From an uncultured Bacteroidales bacterium (lineage in GTDB: Bacteria; Bacteroidota; Bacteroidia; Bacteroidales; UBA4417), in contig CALCJE010000403.1 in the NCBI GenBank assembly GCA_937965665.1, forward strand, positions 1-43,607: 43,607 nt of DNA. Reading direction: 5' to 3'. Made by a program: the position numbers and the translations under genes. Shown in pieces: positions 26,731 through 35,433 of this stretch; positions within the stretch are counted from its first letter, which is position 1, and every line of letters starts with the position of its first letter. The notes beneath the pieces were generated by a model. It saw nothing but the letters and a program-made list of their open reading frames with translations. It was not told the origin of the DNA and did no database searches.

Positions 26731-28458
26731 TTACGAAAGTCCAATTACTTCACTTTCTGATTTTGACCACTGATAATTATATAGTCCATCCAGCAGGCGT
26801 TTATGCTTCTCTTCCGATGTCAGATTGTTATATTTTGCCTTTTCCTCTTCAATTTTCCTGCGTTTTTCCTCTTCCACCGCATGAATTTCGTTAAGGTATT
26901 TGGTTTCCATTCGTTTTTTCAGAAAATCGCTTGCTACCGAGGGGAAGAGTTCGAGCAGAAGTTCATCTCTTTCGGTAAGCGCCAGTTTAACACCGCCGTA
27001 TTCTTCAAAAACAGGGTTATCCTGTTTTTTGTAAAATTTGGTATCGTAAGGCGTTTCTTCTTTTACACCGGCTATTTTGAAGCGAAATTCAGGATCAACA
27101 GGCACGGGAGTGTGTCCGTACGAACCTTTCACAAGATTAACATACTGGATTGATTTGGTTGTATACATAGGCAAACCTTTCGATTCGTCGATGGCACAGT
27201 TTACAGCCTGTGCACCAACAATCTGACTTGTCGGGGTTACCAGCGGCGGGCATCCTGATGCAAGCCTTACCATGGGGATAAGTTCCATGGCACGGGGCAG
27301 CAGTTGTTCAACCTTTAATTGTTTAAGCTGTGCGGTCATATTCGAATACATTCCACCCGGAACTTCGGCCATGCGGATTTTATCATCGGGTTCGGGGAAA
27401 CCAAACCAGCTTTCGATACGGTGGCATACTTCGAGCAGATCATCTTCCTTATCAGCCTTAGCAAAAGCAATGGCCATTTCCATCATCTGGTCGATATCTT
27501 TCGGAAGTTTATCAGTTAGAATATTAAATTCTCGGGGCGCTTCGTAGTTATCAAACTGTTTTAGTTCCTGCCTGATAGCCCGGAGTTCCTTATCGAGTGT
27601 AACCACGCGCTCAAGGTTAACACCGGTTTCAATATCCATTTTGTCGCAAAGCAACTGGATGATTTCGAAGCACGGAGCTGCGCTTCCCCCGGCAAAGCTC
27701 AGGATAGCAGTATCAAGAATATCAACTCCATTCACAATAGCCATCAATGCAGAAGCCAAACCATAGCCAGGCGTACAGTGCGTGTGGAAATCAACCGGAA
27801 CGGTAACGTTTGATTTTACCATGCGCACCAGATTCCCGATGGCATTAGGCGTAATAAGGCCCGACATATCCTTGATAGTGATCATGTCAGCACCCATTGC
27901 CTGCAGGGTAAGCGCTTTTTCGAGGAAATACTCCTGGGTAAATATTTTGGATGGCAGAGGTTTAGCATGAAGTAACGCTTTTAACTTTTCACGCTTTGTA
28001 AACTTGGGATCAACCGTATAAACCAGAACACAATCGGCCACTCCTCCGTGGGCTTTCACCGATTTCACGGTCGAACGAATGTTGTCAAGGTCGTTGAGCG
28101 CGTCAAAAATACGCATGATGGTAAGCCCTGATTCTATTGAGTTTTTTACAAAACCATCAATTACTTCATCGGGGTAAGGATTGTACCCGAATAAATTACG
28201 CCCGCGCGACAATGCTGTTAAAGGAATATCCGGGCCCAGTGCTTTACGGATGCTTTCGAGCCTATACCAGGGATCTTCGTTCAGATATCGCATAATTGAA
28301 TCCGGAACAGCGCCACCCCAAACTTCGAGTGCATAAAAACCAGCATCCTTATATGCGGGCAGTGTTCGTTCAACCTGGTTTTGATTCATACGTGTGGCAA
28401 AAAGGGATTGTTGCCCGTCGCGGAGAGTTACATCACGTATTAAAAGCTTTTTCTTCAT
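26731..28458 (-). CDS. Oxaloacetate decarboxylase alpha / transcarboxylase 5S-like carboxyltransferase without a biotinyl domain
   Basis: 575 aa from MKKKLLIRDVTLRDGQQSLFATRM (HMGL-like TIM barrel start of OadA/PycB/5S), with DFHTHCTPG metal site motifs and a PYC_OADA-like middle domain. The C-terminus is a Lys/Glu-rich helix (EEEKRRKIEEEKAKY) with no (A/V)MKM biotinylation motif. Confidence 0.8.
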   Translation of the reverse strand: MKKKLLIRDVTLRDGQQSLFATRMNQNQVERTLPAYKDAGFYALEVWGGAVPDSIMRYLNEDPWYRLESIRKALGPDIPLTALSRGRNLFGYNPYPDEVIDGFVKNSIESGLTIMRIFDALNDLDNIRSTVKSVKAHGGVADCVLVYTVDPKFTKREKLKALLHAKPLPSKIFTQEYFLEKALTLQAMGADMITIKDMSGLITPNAIGNLVRMVKSNVTVPVDFHTHCTPGYGLASALMAIVNGVDILDTAILSFAGGSAAPCFEIIQLLCDKMDIETGVNLERVVTLDKELRAIRQELKQFDNYEAPREFNILTDKLPKDIDQMMEMAIAFAKADKEDDLLEVCHRIESWFGFPEPDDKIRMAEVPGGMYSNMTAQLKQLKVEQLLPRAMELIPMVRLASGCPPLVTPTSQIVGAQAVNCAIDESKGLPMYTTKSIQYVNLVKGSYGHTPVPVDPEFRFKIAGVKEETPYDTKFYKKQDNPVFEEYGGVKLALTERDELLLELFPSVASDFLKKRMETKYLNEIHAVEEEKRRKIEEEKAKYNNLTSEEKHKRLLDGLYNYQWSKSESEVIGLS

Positions 28459-28540
28459 GATAATAAGAGTTGAAAAATTCAATATCCGACACCCTAATAC
28501 ATACACATGTAACTGGTATAGAATATTTTGTATTTAATTA

Positions 28541-28582
28541 TTGTTATTTAAATAACAATCGTTTCTGTTATTTAATTAACAA
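28541..28582. promoter_or_regulatory. Two tandem Rex-operator-like palindromes
   Basis: TTGTTATTTAAATAACAA (28541-28558, perfect palindrome) and CTGTTATTTAATTAACAA (28565-28582, 16/18 match to the first), 24 bp centre to centre. Confidence 0.5.
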
Positions 28583-28584
28583 TG

Positions 28585-28592
28585 CAAAATTA
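28585..28592 (-). promoter_or_regulatory. -7 promoter box (TAatTTTG on the minus strand) for the carboxyltransferase gene
   Basis: Plus strand reads caaaatta. It is the only CAAAnnTA between the ATG at 28458 and the divergent gene, implying a ~120-nt leader that contains both palindromes. Confidence 0.4.
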
Positions 28593-28733
28593 TCAATAAT
28601 CATATTATAACACACCAAATTTGAAAAATAAATATTTATGAACTAGATGTGTTGAAAAAAACAAAACATCATGACAAGACTATCTGATTTTAAGTAATTT
28701 CGCCGGCACATTTTAATCCAAAAAATCAAAGCC

Positions 28734-30395
28734 ATGACAAAACAATTCTTACGTTTCATGCTTCCTCTTGCATTGGTAATTGCTTTATGGAGCAGTTGCA
28801 AACAAAAAACAGGAACTGATAATGCAGCCGTCGACACTACCAACATGAGCCCTATGCAAAAAAAAGTTAACGAATATGCTGTGGTTAAACTTACCACCGA
28901 CCTCAGTAAGCTTACCGAAAAAGAAAAGCAGATGATCCCGATTCTTATAGAGGTTGCCCAGGTAATGGATGATATTTTCTGGCTACAGACCTGGGGAAAT
29001 AAAAATGCCTTGCTTGATACAATAAAAGATCCGTACACCAAGCAGTTTGCTGCTATTAACTACGGACCCTGGGACAGGCTCGACGAAAACAAGCCCTTTG
29101 TTACCGGCATAGGCGAAAAGCCTAAAGGTGCAAACTTCTATCCTGCCGATATGACCAAGGAAGAGTTTGAAAACTGGAAAGATCCTAACAAAGCCAGCCA
29201 GTACACCCTGGTGGTGCGGAATGCTGATAAAAGTCTGAAAAGTGTGTGGTATCACGATGCTTATGCCGATAAAATAAAAAAGGCTTCGGATCTTCTGCTT
29301 AAAGCTGCCGATCTGGCTGAAGATGCCGGGTTAAAGAAATACCTCACTTTACGGTCGAAGGCGTTACTTACCGACGAATATTTCGAAAGCGACATGGCAT
29401 GGATGGATATGAAAACAAACACGCTCGACCTGGTAGCGGGTCCGATTGAAAATTATGAAGATGAACTGTTTGGCTATAAAACAGCACACGAAGCTTCGGT
29501 TTTGGTAAAAGATAAGGAATGGAGTGTTAAACTGGCAAAATATGCAGCCATGTTACCAGCGCTTCAGAAAGAACTTCCTTGCGATCCCAAGTATAAAAAG
29601 GAAGTACCCGGAACCAGCTCCGACCTGAATGCTTACGACATACTGTTTTATGCCGGCAATTCGAACAGTGGTGGAAAAACCATTGCCATTAATCTACCCA
29701 ACGACGAAAAAGTACAGTTAGCCAAAGGCAGTCGCAGGTTGCAGCTCAAAAACGCGATGCGTGCCAAATTCGACCAGATCCTGGTACCTATTTCCGATGT
29801 TCTGATTGACCCGACCCAGCGCAAAAACATAAAATTCGATGCATTTTTCGGTAACGTGATGTTTCACGAAGTAGCTCACGGGCTCGGGATAAAGAATACC
29901 ATCACCGGGAAAGGAAACTTAAGGCAGGCTTTGAAGGAACAATACTCAGGATGGGAAGAAGCCAAGGCAGATGTTGTCGGCTTATGGATGGTTAGCTGGC
30001 TGATCGGGAAAGGTGAACTTACAGGAATCACTGTTGAAGATGCTTATGTTACTTACATGGCCGGACTGATTCGCTCGGTACGATTCGGAGCCGGTGAAGC
30101 CCATGGCAAAGCTAATATGATGTGTTTTAATTTCTTTGAGGACAAAAAAGCATTTTCGCGTAATGCGGATGGAACATTTAAAGTTGATATTGAGAAAACC
30201 CGTCAGGCTATTAACGAATGGAGTGCATTTATTCTCAGCATTGAAGGTGAAGGTGATTACGATAAGGCAGTGAGCTATATGAAAGAAAACGGGAAAGTAC
30301 GCCCTGAACTTCAGGCCGGGCTCGACAAACTTAAAACGGCCAATATCCCTAAAGATATAGTTTTCGACCAGGGTAAAGCGGCATTGGGATTGTAA
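28734..30395 (+). CDS. Exported zinc metallopeptidase, dipeptidyl-peptidase III (M49)-like family
   Basis: 553 aa. Lipoprotein signal (LALVIALWSSC), HEVAHGLG zinc motif and a downstream EEAKADVVG (compare the HExxGH / EECRAE pair of DPP III). The family call is from motif resemblance only. Confidence 0.6.
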   Translation: MTKQFLRFMLPLALVIALWSSCKQKTGTDNAAVDTTNMSPMQKKVNEYAVVKLTTDLSKLTEKEKQMIPILIEVAQVMDDIFWLQTWGNKNALLDTIKDPYTKQFAAINYGPWDRLDENKPFVTGIGEKPKGANFYPADMTKEEFENWKDPNKASQYTLVVRNADKSLKSVWYHDAYADKIKKASDLLLKAADLAEDAGLKKYLTLRSKALLTDEYFESDMAWMDMKTNTLDLVAGPIENYEDELFGYKTAHEASVLVKDKEWSVKLAKYAAMLPALQKELPCDPKYKKEVPGTSSDLNAYDILFYAGNSNSGGKTIAINLPNDEKVQLAKGSRRLQLKNAMRAKFDQILVPISDVLIDPTQRKNIKFDAFFGNVMFHEVAHGLGIKNTITGKGNLRQALKEQYSGWEEAKADVVGLWMVSWLIGKGELTGITVEDAYVTYMAGLIRSVRFGAGEAHGKANMMCFNFFEDKKAFSRNADGTFKVDIEKTRQAINEWSAFILSIEGEGDYDKAVSYMKENGKVRPELQAGLDKLKTANIPKDIVFDQGKAALGL

Positions 30396-30440
30396 ACAAC
30401 GTTTACCAGCTTAGTACAAATAAAAAATATTTTCGTAAAA

Positions 30441-30471
30441 GCTCAGCTGCTTAAAACCAGCTGGGCTTTTC
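30441..30471 (+). terminator. Intrinsic terminator after the M49-like peptidase gene
   Basis: GCTCAGCTG-cttaaaac-CAGCTGGGC (9-bp stem including one G-U pair) followed by TTTT. Confidence 0.6.
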
Positions 30472-30643
30472 CATTTATTCTCAAAACTTCAGGATATTGG
30501 CCGGAAAAGACAGCGCTATGCATTTAGCAAACCGGGGTTAGTTTTTACCGGATGATTTAGGTAATTCACAGACTTTTTTTAATAACTTGCATAGCAGTAT
30601 ATGGTCTGATGACAGGCACCAAATAATCTTAGCACTTTAAAGC

Positions 30644-30651
30644 TATCTTTG
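30644..30651 (+). promoter_or_regulatory. -7 promoter box TAtcTTTG for the S46 peptidase gene
   Basis: tatctttg lies 31 nt upstream of the ATG at 30683. Confidence 0.5.
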
Positions 30652-30682
30652 CTTTTCTAAAAATCCAATAAATCACCGAGAT

Positions 30683-32839
30683 ATGAAAAAAATCGTACTT
30701 ATTTTATGTTTGCTTACAGCGGTTTTCGCAAAAGCAGCCAATACACCTGACGAAGGCATGTGGTTACCCATGTTTGTTGAAAGGTTAAACTATGTGGATA
30801 TGCAAAAAATGGGTCTTCACCTTACGGCCGAAGAACTATACAGCATCAACCATTCAAGCCTGAAAGACGCAATTGTGAGCCTGGGCGGATTTTGCACCGC
30901 CGAAGTTGTGTCGCCCGAAGGTTTGCTTTTCACCAACCATCATTGCGGGTATGAAGCCATACAGCAACACAGTTCGGTTGAGCACGATTACCTCACCAAC
31001 GGCTTCTGGGCTATGAATAAAACTGAAGAACTTCCAAACGAGGGCCTTTTTGTGTCGTTCCTGGTGCGTATGGAAGACAAAACCAGCGATGTGTTGGGCG
31101 TGGTAACTGCTGATATGGATGAAAACGCCCGTAACGCTGCTATTACCAAAAAAGTAGAAGAGTTAAAAAAAGAAGCAACAGAAAATGGCAAATACACTGT
31201 TGAGCTGAAGAGCTTTTTTAACGGCAACGAATATTATATGTTTGTTTACCAGCAATATAAAGATATCCGCCTGGTTGGTGCGCCACCTTCATCAATAGGT
31301 AAATTTGGCGGCGACACCGATAACTGGATGTGGCCACGTCATACCGGCGATTTCAGCATTTTCCGTATTTATACCGCTCCTGATGGTTCGCCGGCTGAAT
31401 ATTCGAAAAACAATGTTCCGATGGCAGCCAAGAAATTTTTACCGATTTCGATTAAAGGTATCAAGAAAAACGATTTCGCCATGATTTGGGGCTACCCCGG
31501 TCGTACAGATCGTTATATGAACTCATGGGCCGTTGAAGCCACCCTTAATGATATTGACCCGATTATTGTTAAAGGTTTGGGTATAGTGCTCGAAAAACAA
31601 AAGGAAGGCATGGATAAAGATAATGCCGTTCGTATTCAATATGCCAGCACCTACGCCGGACTTGCCAATTTCTGGAAAAATAAAATGGGTGAAGCCCGCG
31701 ACCTGAAACGACTGGATGTGATCAAGAAAAAACAGGAACTTGAAGCCCAGTTGCAACAATGGATTAATGCCGACCCGGAGCGCAAAGCTAAATATGGCGA
31801 TGTTCTCAGCACTTATGCCGAGATATACAAACAGATGAAGGACAAGAACCTGAATCCGCTGATGTGGTACACCCAGCTCTGTTTCTTCGGATCGAAAGCA
31901 TTCTCATTCCCGGGACAGGCAACAGCAATGGAAACTGTTTTAAAATCAGGTGCCAAAGGCGATGACCTGAAAAAACAGATGGAGAAATATAAGGAATCTG
32001 CTAAAGAGCATTTCAAGGAATATAACAACGAAATTGAACAAAACGTTTATGCTGCGCTGCTCAGCCTGTATCATGCCAATATTCCTGCCGCCCAGCAACC
32101 TGCTATTTTCCAGACTATTGAGAAAAAATACAAAGGCGATATCAATAAGTATGTTGCCGAAATGTTCGCCAATTCAATTTTCTGTACCGAAGCCAAATTC
32201 AACGAATTCCTGGCAAAACCAAACCTGAAGAAACTTCAGAACGACCCTGCCTTACTTACCTATAATTCATTTATGGATGGGTTTAAAGTGCTGCAGGCCG
32301 ATAACATGCAGTTGAGCGTAAAACTTAAAAAAGCCCAGCGTCTTTTTGTTGCTGCCCTGCGCGAAATGGAACCAACCAAGAGTTTCTACCCCGATGCCAA
32401 CAGCACCATGCGTATGACTTATGGCAAAGTACTCGATTATTACCCGGCTGACGGCATTCACTACAATTACTTCACTACACTGGATGGCGTAATGGCAAAA
32501 GAAGATCCTACCAACGAGGAATTTATTGTTTCGCCAAAGCTGAAAGAACTGTACAATAAGAAAGACTATGGACGCTACGGCGAAAACGGTAAACTGGTCA
32601 CCTGTTTCCTTACCGACAACGACATTACCGGCGGTAACTCAGGCAGCCCGGTTATCAACGGCAACGGCGAACTGATCGGATTGGCCTTTGACGGCAACTG
32701 GGAAGCTATGAGCGGAAACATTCTTTTTGAACCTGAACTTCAGCGTACCATTTGTGTGGATGCCCGCTATGTACTTTTTGTAATTGATAAATATGCCGGC
32801 GCTACCAACCTGATTAAAGAATTGAAAATTGTTGAATAA
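30683..32839 (+). CDS. S46 family dipeptidyl-peptidase (DPP7/DPP11-like)
   Basis: 718 aa. Signal peptide followed by DEGMWLP, the hallmark mature N-terminus of S46 peptidases. Catalytic His block (FTNHHCG) and Ser block (TGGNSGSPVING). Confidence 0.9.
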   Translation: MKKIVLILCLLTAVFAKAANTPDEGMWLPMFVERLNYVDMQKMGLHLTAEELYSINHSSLKDAIVSLGGFCTAEVVSPEGLLFTNHHCGYEAIQQHSSVEHDYLTNGFWAMNKTEELPNEGLFVSFLVRMEDKTSDVLGVVTADMDENARNAAITKKVEELKKEATENGKYTVELKSFFNGNEYYMFVYQQYKDIRLVGAPPSSIGKFGGDTDNWMWPRHTGDFSIFRIYTAPDGSPAEYSKNNVPMAAKKFLPISIKGIKKNDFAMIWGYPGRTDRYMNSWAVEATLNDIDPIIVKGLGIVLEKQKEGMDKDNAVRIQYASTYAGLANFWKNKMGEARDLKRLDVIKKKQELEAQLQQWINADPERKAKYGDVLSTYAEIYKQMKDKNLNPLMWYTQLCFFGSKAFSFPGQATAMETVLKSGAKGDDLKKQMEKYKESAKEHFKEYNNEIEQNVYAALLSLYHANIPAAQQPAIFQTIEKKYKGDINKYVAEMFANSIFCTEAKFNEFLAKPNLKKLQNDPALLTYNSFMDGFKVLQADNMQLSVKLKKAQRLFVAALREMEPTKSFYPDANSTMRMTYGKVLDYYPADGIHYNYFTTLDGVMAKEDPTNEEFIVSPKLKELYNKKDYGRYGENGKLVTCFLTDNDITGGNSGSPVINGNGELIGLAFDGNWEAMSGNILFEPELQRTICVDARYVLFVIDKYAGATNLIKELKIVE

Positions 32840-32860
32840 TCTTCATCAGAAATCAGACAT

Positions 32861-32893
32861 AAAAAGAGGACTCTTCACAGGGTCCTTTTTTTT
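32861..32893 (+). terminator. Intrinsic terminator after the S46 peptidase gene
   Basis: AAAAAGAGGAC-tcttcacagg-GTCCTTTTTTTT: a 5-bp GC core extended by A-U pairs, followed by T8. Confidence 0.6.
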
Positions 32894-33030
32894 ATGCACG
32901 CTGTCCGGCAGAATATGCAGGCACTGAATCCATGCCAATGCTCACATCTGTGACCTGGTAAACTATACAGAATAAGCCAACAGGTTGAACACTCAGGTTT
33001 ACCATATGTTTAAAAGAAAATGTGGTACCT

Positions 33031-33789
33031 ATGGCAATTCCCGCTCAGAATATTGATGAAGTCCTGCTGGAGCTCGACAAAATAATTGACCAATCGGTTG
33101 CAGAAAATAACCACCTGGGGATTTTTGCTTATGTGTACCGCCGGACCACAACCCAGGTAAAACAGGCCATTATCGGGAAACAGTTCGGGGATAATGCGCG
33201 TATGGAAAAAATGGATGTTGCCTTTGCAAACCTCTACCTGATTGCGTACCAGGATTTCAGGCAGAAAAAAGGATGCTCAGCAGCCTGGCAAACCGCATTT
33301 AATGCTGATAAAAGCAGGGTAACTATTATACAGCACATTATGCTGGGAATGAACGCGCATATTAACCTCGACCTTGGAGTTGCGGCAGCTACCTTTGACC
33401 CGGGATCAAGTATGCAGGCCCTGGAAGATGATTTTATGCAGGTAAACCAGATTTTAAACGGGCTGGTAAATGAAATGCAGGATAAGGTATCGCGAGTTTC
33501 GAAGCTCATGCGGGTCCTGGACTGGATGGGTAAAAATACCGATGAGCTGATTATTAATTTCAGCATGGTTAAAGCCCGCGAACAGGCCTGGCAATTTGCC
33601 TGCCACCTTGCAACACTGGAGCCGGATGAACAGCATTCGGTAATCATTAAAAAGGACAGCCGTATATCGGCGTTTGGCCAATTACTCATTAACCCGCCGG
33701 GAATCTTGCTGAAACTGGCAGTAAAAGTAATAGCCCTGTTCGAAACAAAAGATGTGAATACGATCATTGACCGGCTAAGGGCAGGATAA
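33031..33789 (+). CDS. Hypothetical helical protein (possibly DUF5995-like)
   Basis: 252 aa from the ATG at 33031 (the track start at 33022 is GTG). No signal peptide. Motifs FAYVYRRTT, FANLYL and HIMLGMNAHINLDLG. The family name is a recollection, not verified. Confidence 0.6.
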   Translation: MAIPAQNIDEVLLELDKIIDQSVAENNHLGIFAYVYRRTTTQVKQAIIGKQFGDNARMEKMDVAFANLYLIAYQDFRQKKGCSAAWQTAFNADKSRVTIIQHIMLGMNAHINLDLGVAAATFDPGSSMQALEDDFMQVNQILNGLVNEMQDKVSRVSKLMRVLDWMGKNTDELIINFSMVKAREQAWQFACHLATLEPDEQHSVIIKKDSRISAFGQLLINPPGILLKLAVKVIALFETKDVNTIIDRLRAG

Positions 33790-33841
33790 GCATCAGAATA
33801 TTTAAAATGATTCGATATGAAAAAAAAGCGATTGAGAATAA

Positions 33842-33983
33842 GGGAATAAGGTTGGATTAAAATTCATTCTTCTTGTTATTAAGGTTTTAAAAAAATAAAT
33901 AAGGTAAATATTTGTTTCAACCTTATTTTATTGTTTCAACCTTAGTAAAGGTTAACAGAAAGAAAGAACCCAACCTTATTACC
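33842..33983. repeat. Extended dyad: three nested inverted pairs of TAAGGTT/AACCTTA sharing one symmetry axis
   Basis: TAAGGTT at 33847 and 33880, TAAGGTA at 33900. AACCTTA at 33919, 33938 and 33972. Outer arms GGGAATAAGGTTGG (33842-33855) and CCAACCTTATTACC (33970-33983) are complementary at 13/14 positions. A 14-mer direct repeat TTGTTTCAACCTTA occurs at 33912 and 33931. Confidence 0.8.
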
Positions 33984-34079
33984 TTATTGATTTTGAACAT
34001 CGTATACAATTATCCAATGAGTTTTAGATCGAACTCGCGCTATTTATAATTTTTTTGCGTCCTGATGAAGATGTAACCC

Positions 34080-34087
34080 TATCTTTG
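34080..34087 (+). promoter_or_regulatory. -7 promoter box TAtcTTTG for the VF530-like gene
   Basis: tatctttg lies 31 nt upstream of the ATG at 34119. Confidence 0.5.
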
Positions 34088-34118
34088 CCTTACAAAACCG
34101 TTCGGTAATCAGAAAAAA

Positions 34119-34343
34119 ATGGCAGAGCAACAAAACAACCCACTTCACGGCATAAACCTCGAAACCATCCTGAACCGGCTGGTGGATCACTTTGGCTGGG
34201 AAATACTGGGCAAGCTGATACGCATCAATTGTTTTATCGAAAATCCCAGCATACAATCGAGCCTCAAATTTCTGCGAAAAACGCCCTGGGCCCGAAAAAA
34301 AGTGGAAGAGCTATACCTGCAGATACACGATAATTATAAATAG
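34119..34343 (+). CDS. VF530 / DUF2132 family small DNA-binding-like protein
   Basis: 74 aa. [25 protein letters not shown]...[30 protein letters not shown] matches the DUF2132 consensus almost along its full length. Confidence 0.85.
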   Translation: MAEQQNNPLHGINLETILNRLVDHFGWEILGKLIRINCFIENPSIQSSLKFLRKTPWARKKVEELYLQIHDNYK

Positions 34344-34364
34344 CATTCCATGATGCTGAAAAAT

Positions 34365-34401
34365 AAAAAATCCCCGCTGCAAAATAACAGCGGGGATTTT
34401 T
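34365..34401. terminator. Bidirectional intrinsic terminator between convergent genes
   Basis: Perfect 10-bp stem ATCCCCGCTG/CAGCGGGGAT with an 8-nt loop, flanked by A6 and T5. Confidence 0.8.
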
Positions 34402-34419
34402 ATTAAAAGTAATCCAGGA

Positions 34420-35130
34420 TTAAATTTCTTTCACCAGCCTGGCGTTTTCAACGATTACTTCGTAGAAATACCCTGCACCGAAATCTTTTTTCAGGGAAAC
34501 GGTTCCTTCGAAAACAACCACATCACCCACTTTAACATTTTCCATAGTGGTAACCGTGAGATCAAACATTTCGCCGCTTTTGGTTCCATCCTGTATATGT
34601 GCCCAGTTGCGATGCATAATTTCGGGGCTGAATTTTACAACTTCACCCCTGATCTTCACGGTTTGACCGTCATATTTTTCCTTGTTGGCATACAATTCGG
34701 CAATAGTAATTCCGCCTTTGGCAGGATCTACTTTTATGCCTTCTTTAGCTACAGGTGCTTGTTTGCCTTTGGTTGAATCGGCAACACTCACTGTCATGGT
34801 TATTGGTTTATCGCTGAATTTATCCACAAAAAAGATAGAAGGAAATGTACGGTTCAACTCCTTGCTTGTAAAGTTGGTCATTTCCATGCCTGTCATATAG
34901 TAATAGGTTTTACCTTTTTCAACCTCAGCCTTGCTGATAGCGATCCAGTTCTCGGTACCATCTTCCGATGCCAGGATGTAGGTATAACTACCGGTCTGCA
35001 ATACTTCTTCGGCAGTAATTTTATGAACATTGGGGGCGAGGTTCTCGTCTTTTCCGCTTTTCGGTTTACAGCTGAATGCAAATACCATTATTCCGGCAAG
35101 CAGTACAAATAATTTAAGTTTCATTTTCAT
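34420..35130 (-). CDS. Hypothetical lipoprotein
   Basis: 236 aa. Lipobox VFAFSC. The C-terminal half (YDGQTVKIRGEVVKF...VGDVVVFEGTV) looks like a small beta-barrel/OB-like module. No catalytic motif recognised. Confidence 0.7.
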   Translation of the reverse strand: MKMKLKLFVLLAGIMVFAFSCKPKSGKDENLAPNVHKITAEEVLQTGSYTYILASEDGTENWIAISKAEVEKGKTYYYMTGMEMTNFTSKELNRTFPSIFFVDKFSDKPITMTVSVADSTKGKQAPVAKEGIKVDPAKGGITIAELYANKEKYDGQTVKIRGEVVKFSPEIMHRNWAHIQDGTKSGEMFDLTVTTMENVKVGDVVVFEGTVSLKKDFGAGYFYEVIVENARLVKEI

Positions 35131-35180
35131 GATTCAGGTTTGGGTTAACTTAATTTTAAAGCATGTTTTATAGTGCGCGA

Positions 35181-35188
35181 CAAAAGTA
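35181..35188 (-). promoter_or_regulatory. -7 promoter box (TActTTTG on the minus strand) for the lipoprotein gene
   Basis: Plus strand reads caaaagta, 50 nt upstream of the ATG at 35130. Confidence 0.4.
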
Positions 35189-35433
35189 TTCATAATTGAT
35201 CATATATGAATACATCTCCATATAATTTGGCAATTTAATTGAATTATTTTCGGGAAAAGCCGGTGCTTTTATTTGTTGTAGGATTTTTACTTCTCCAGAT
35301 TCGCAATAATAAGCCGCGGTATAAAATCAATTAAATACCGGAATCTGGTCTTGTAGCTGTTATGTAAAATTTGGTACCTTTATAACGAGCAACAAAATTG
35401 AGAAGCATATCACAGGTATCAACCTTAATACAA

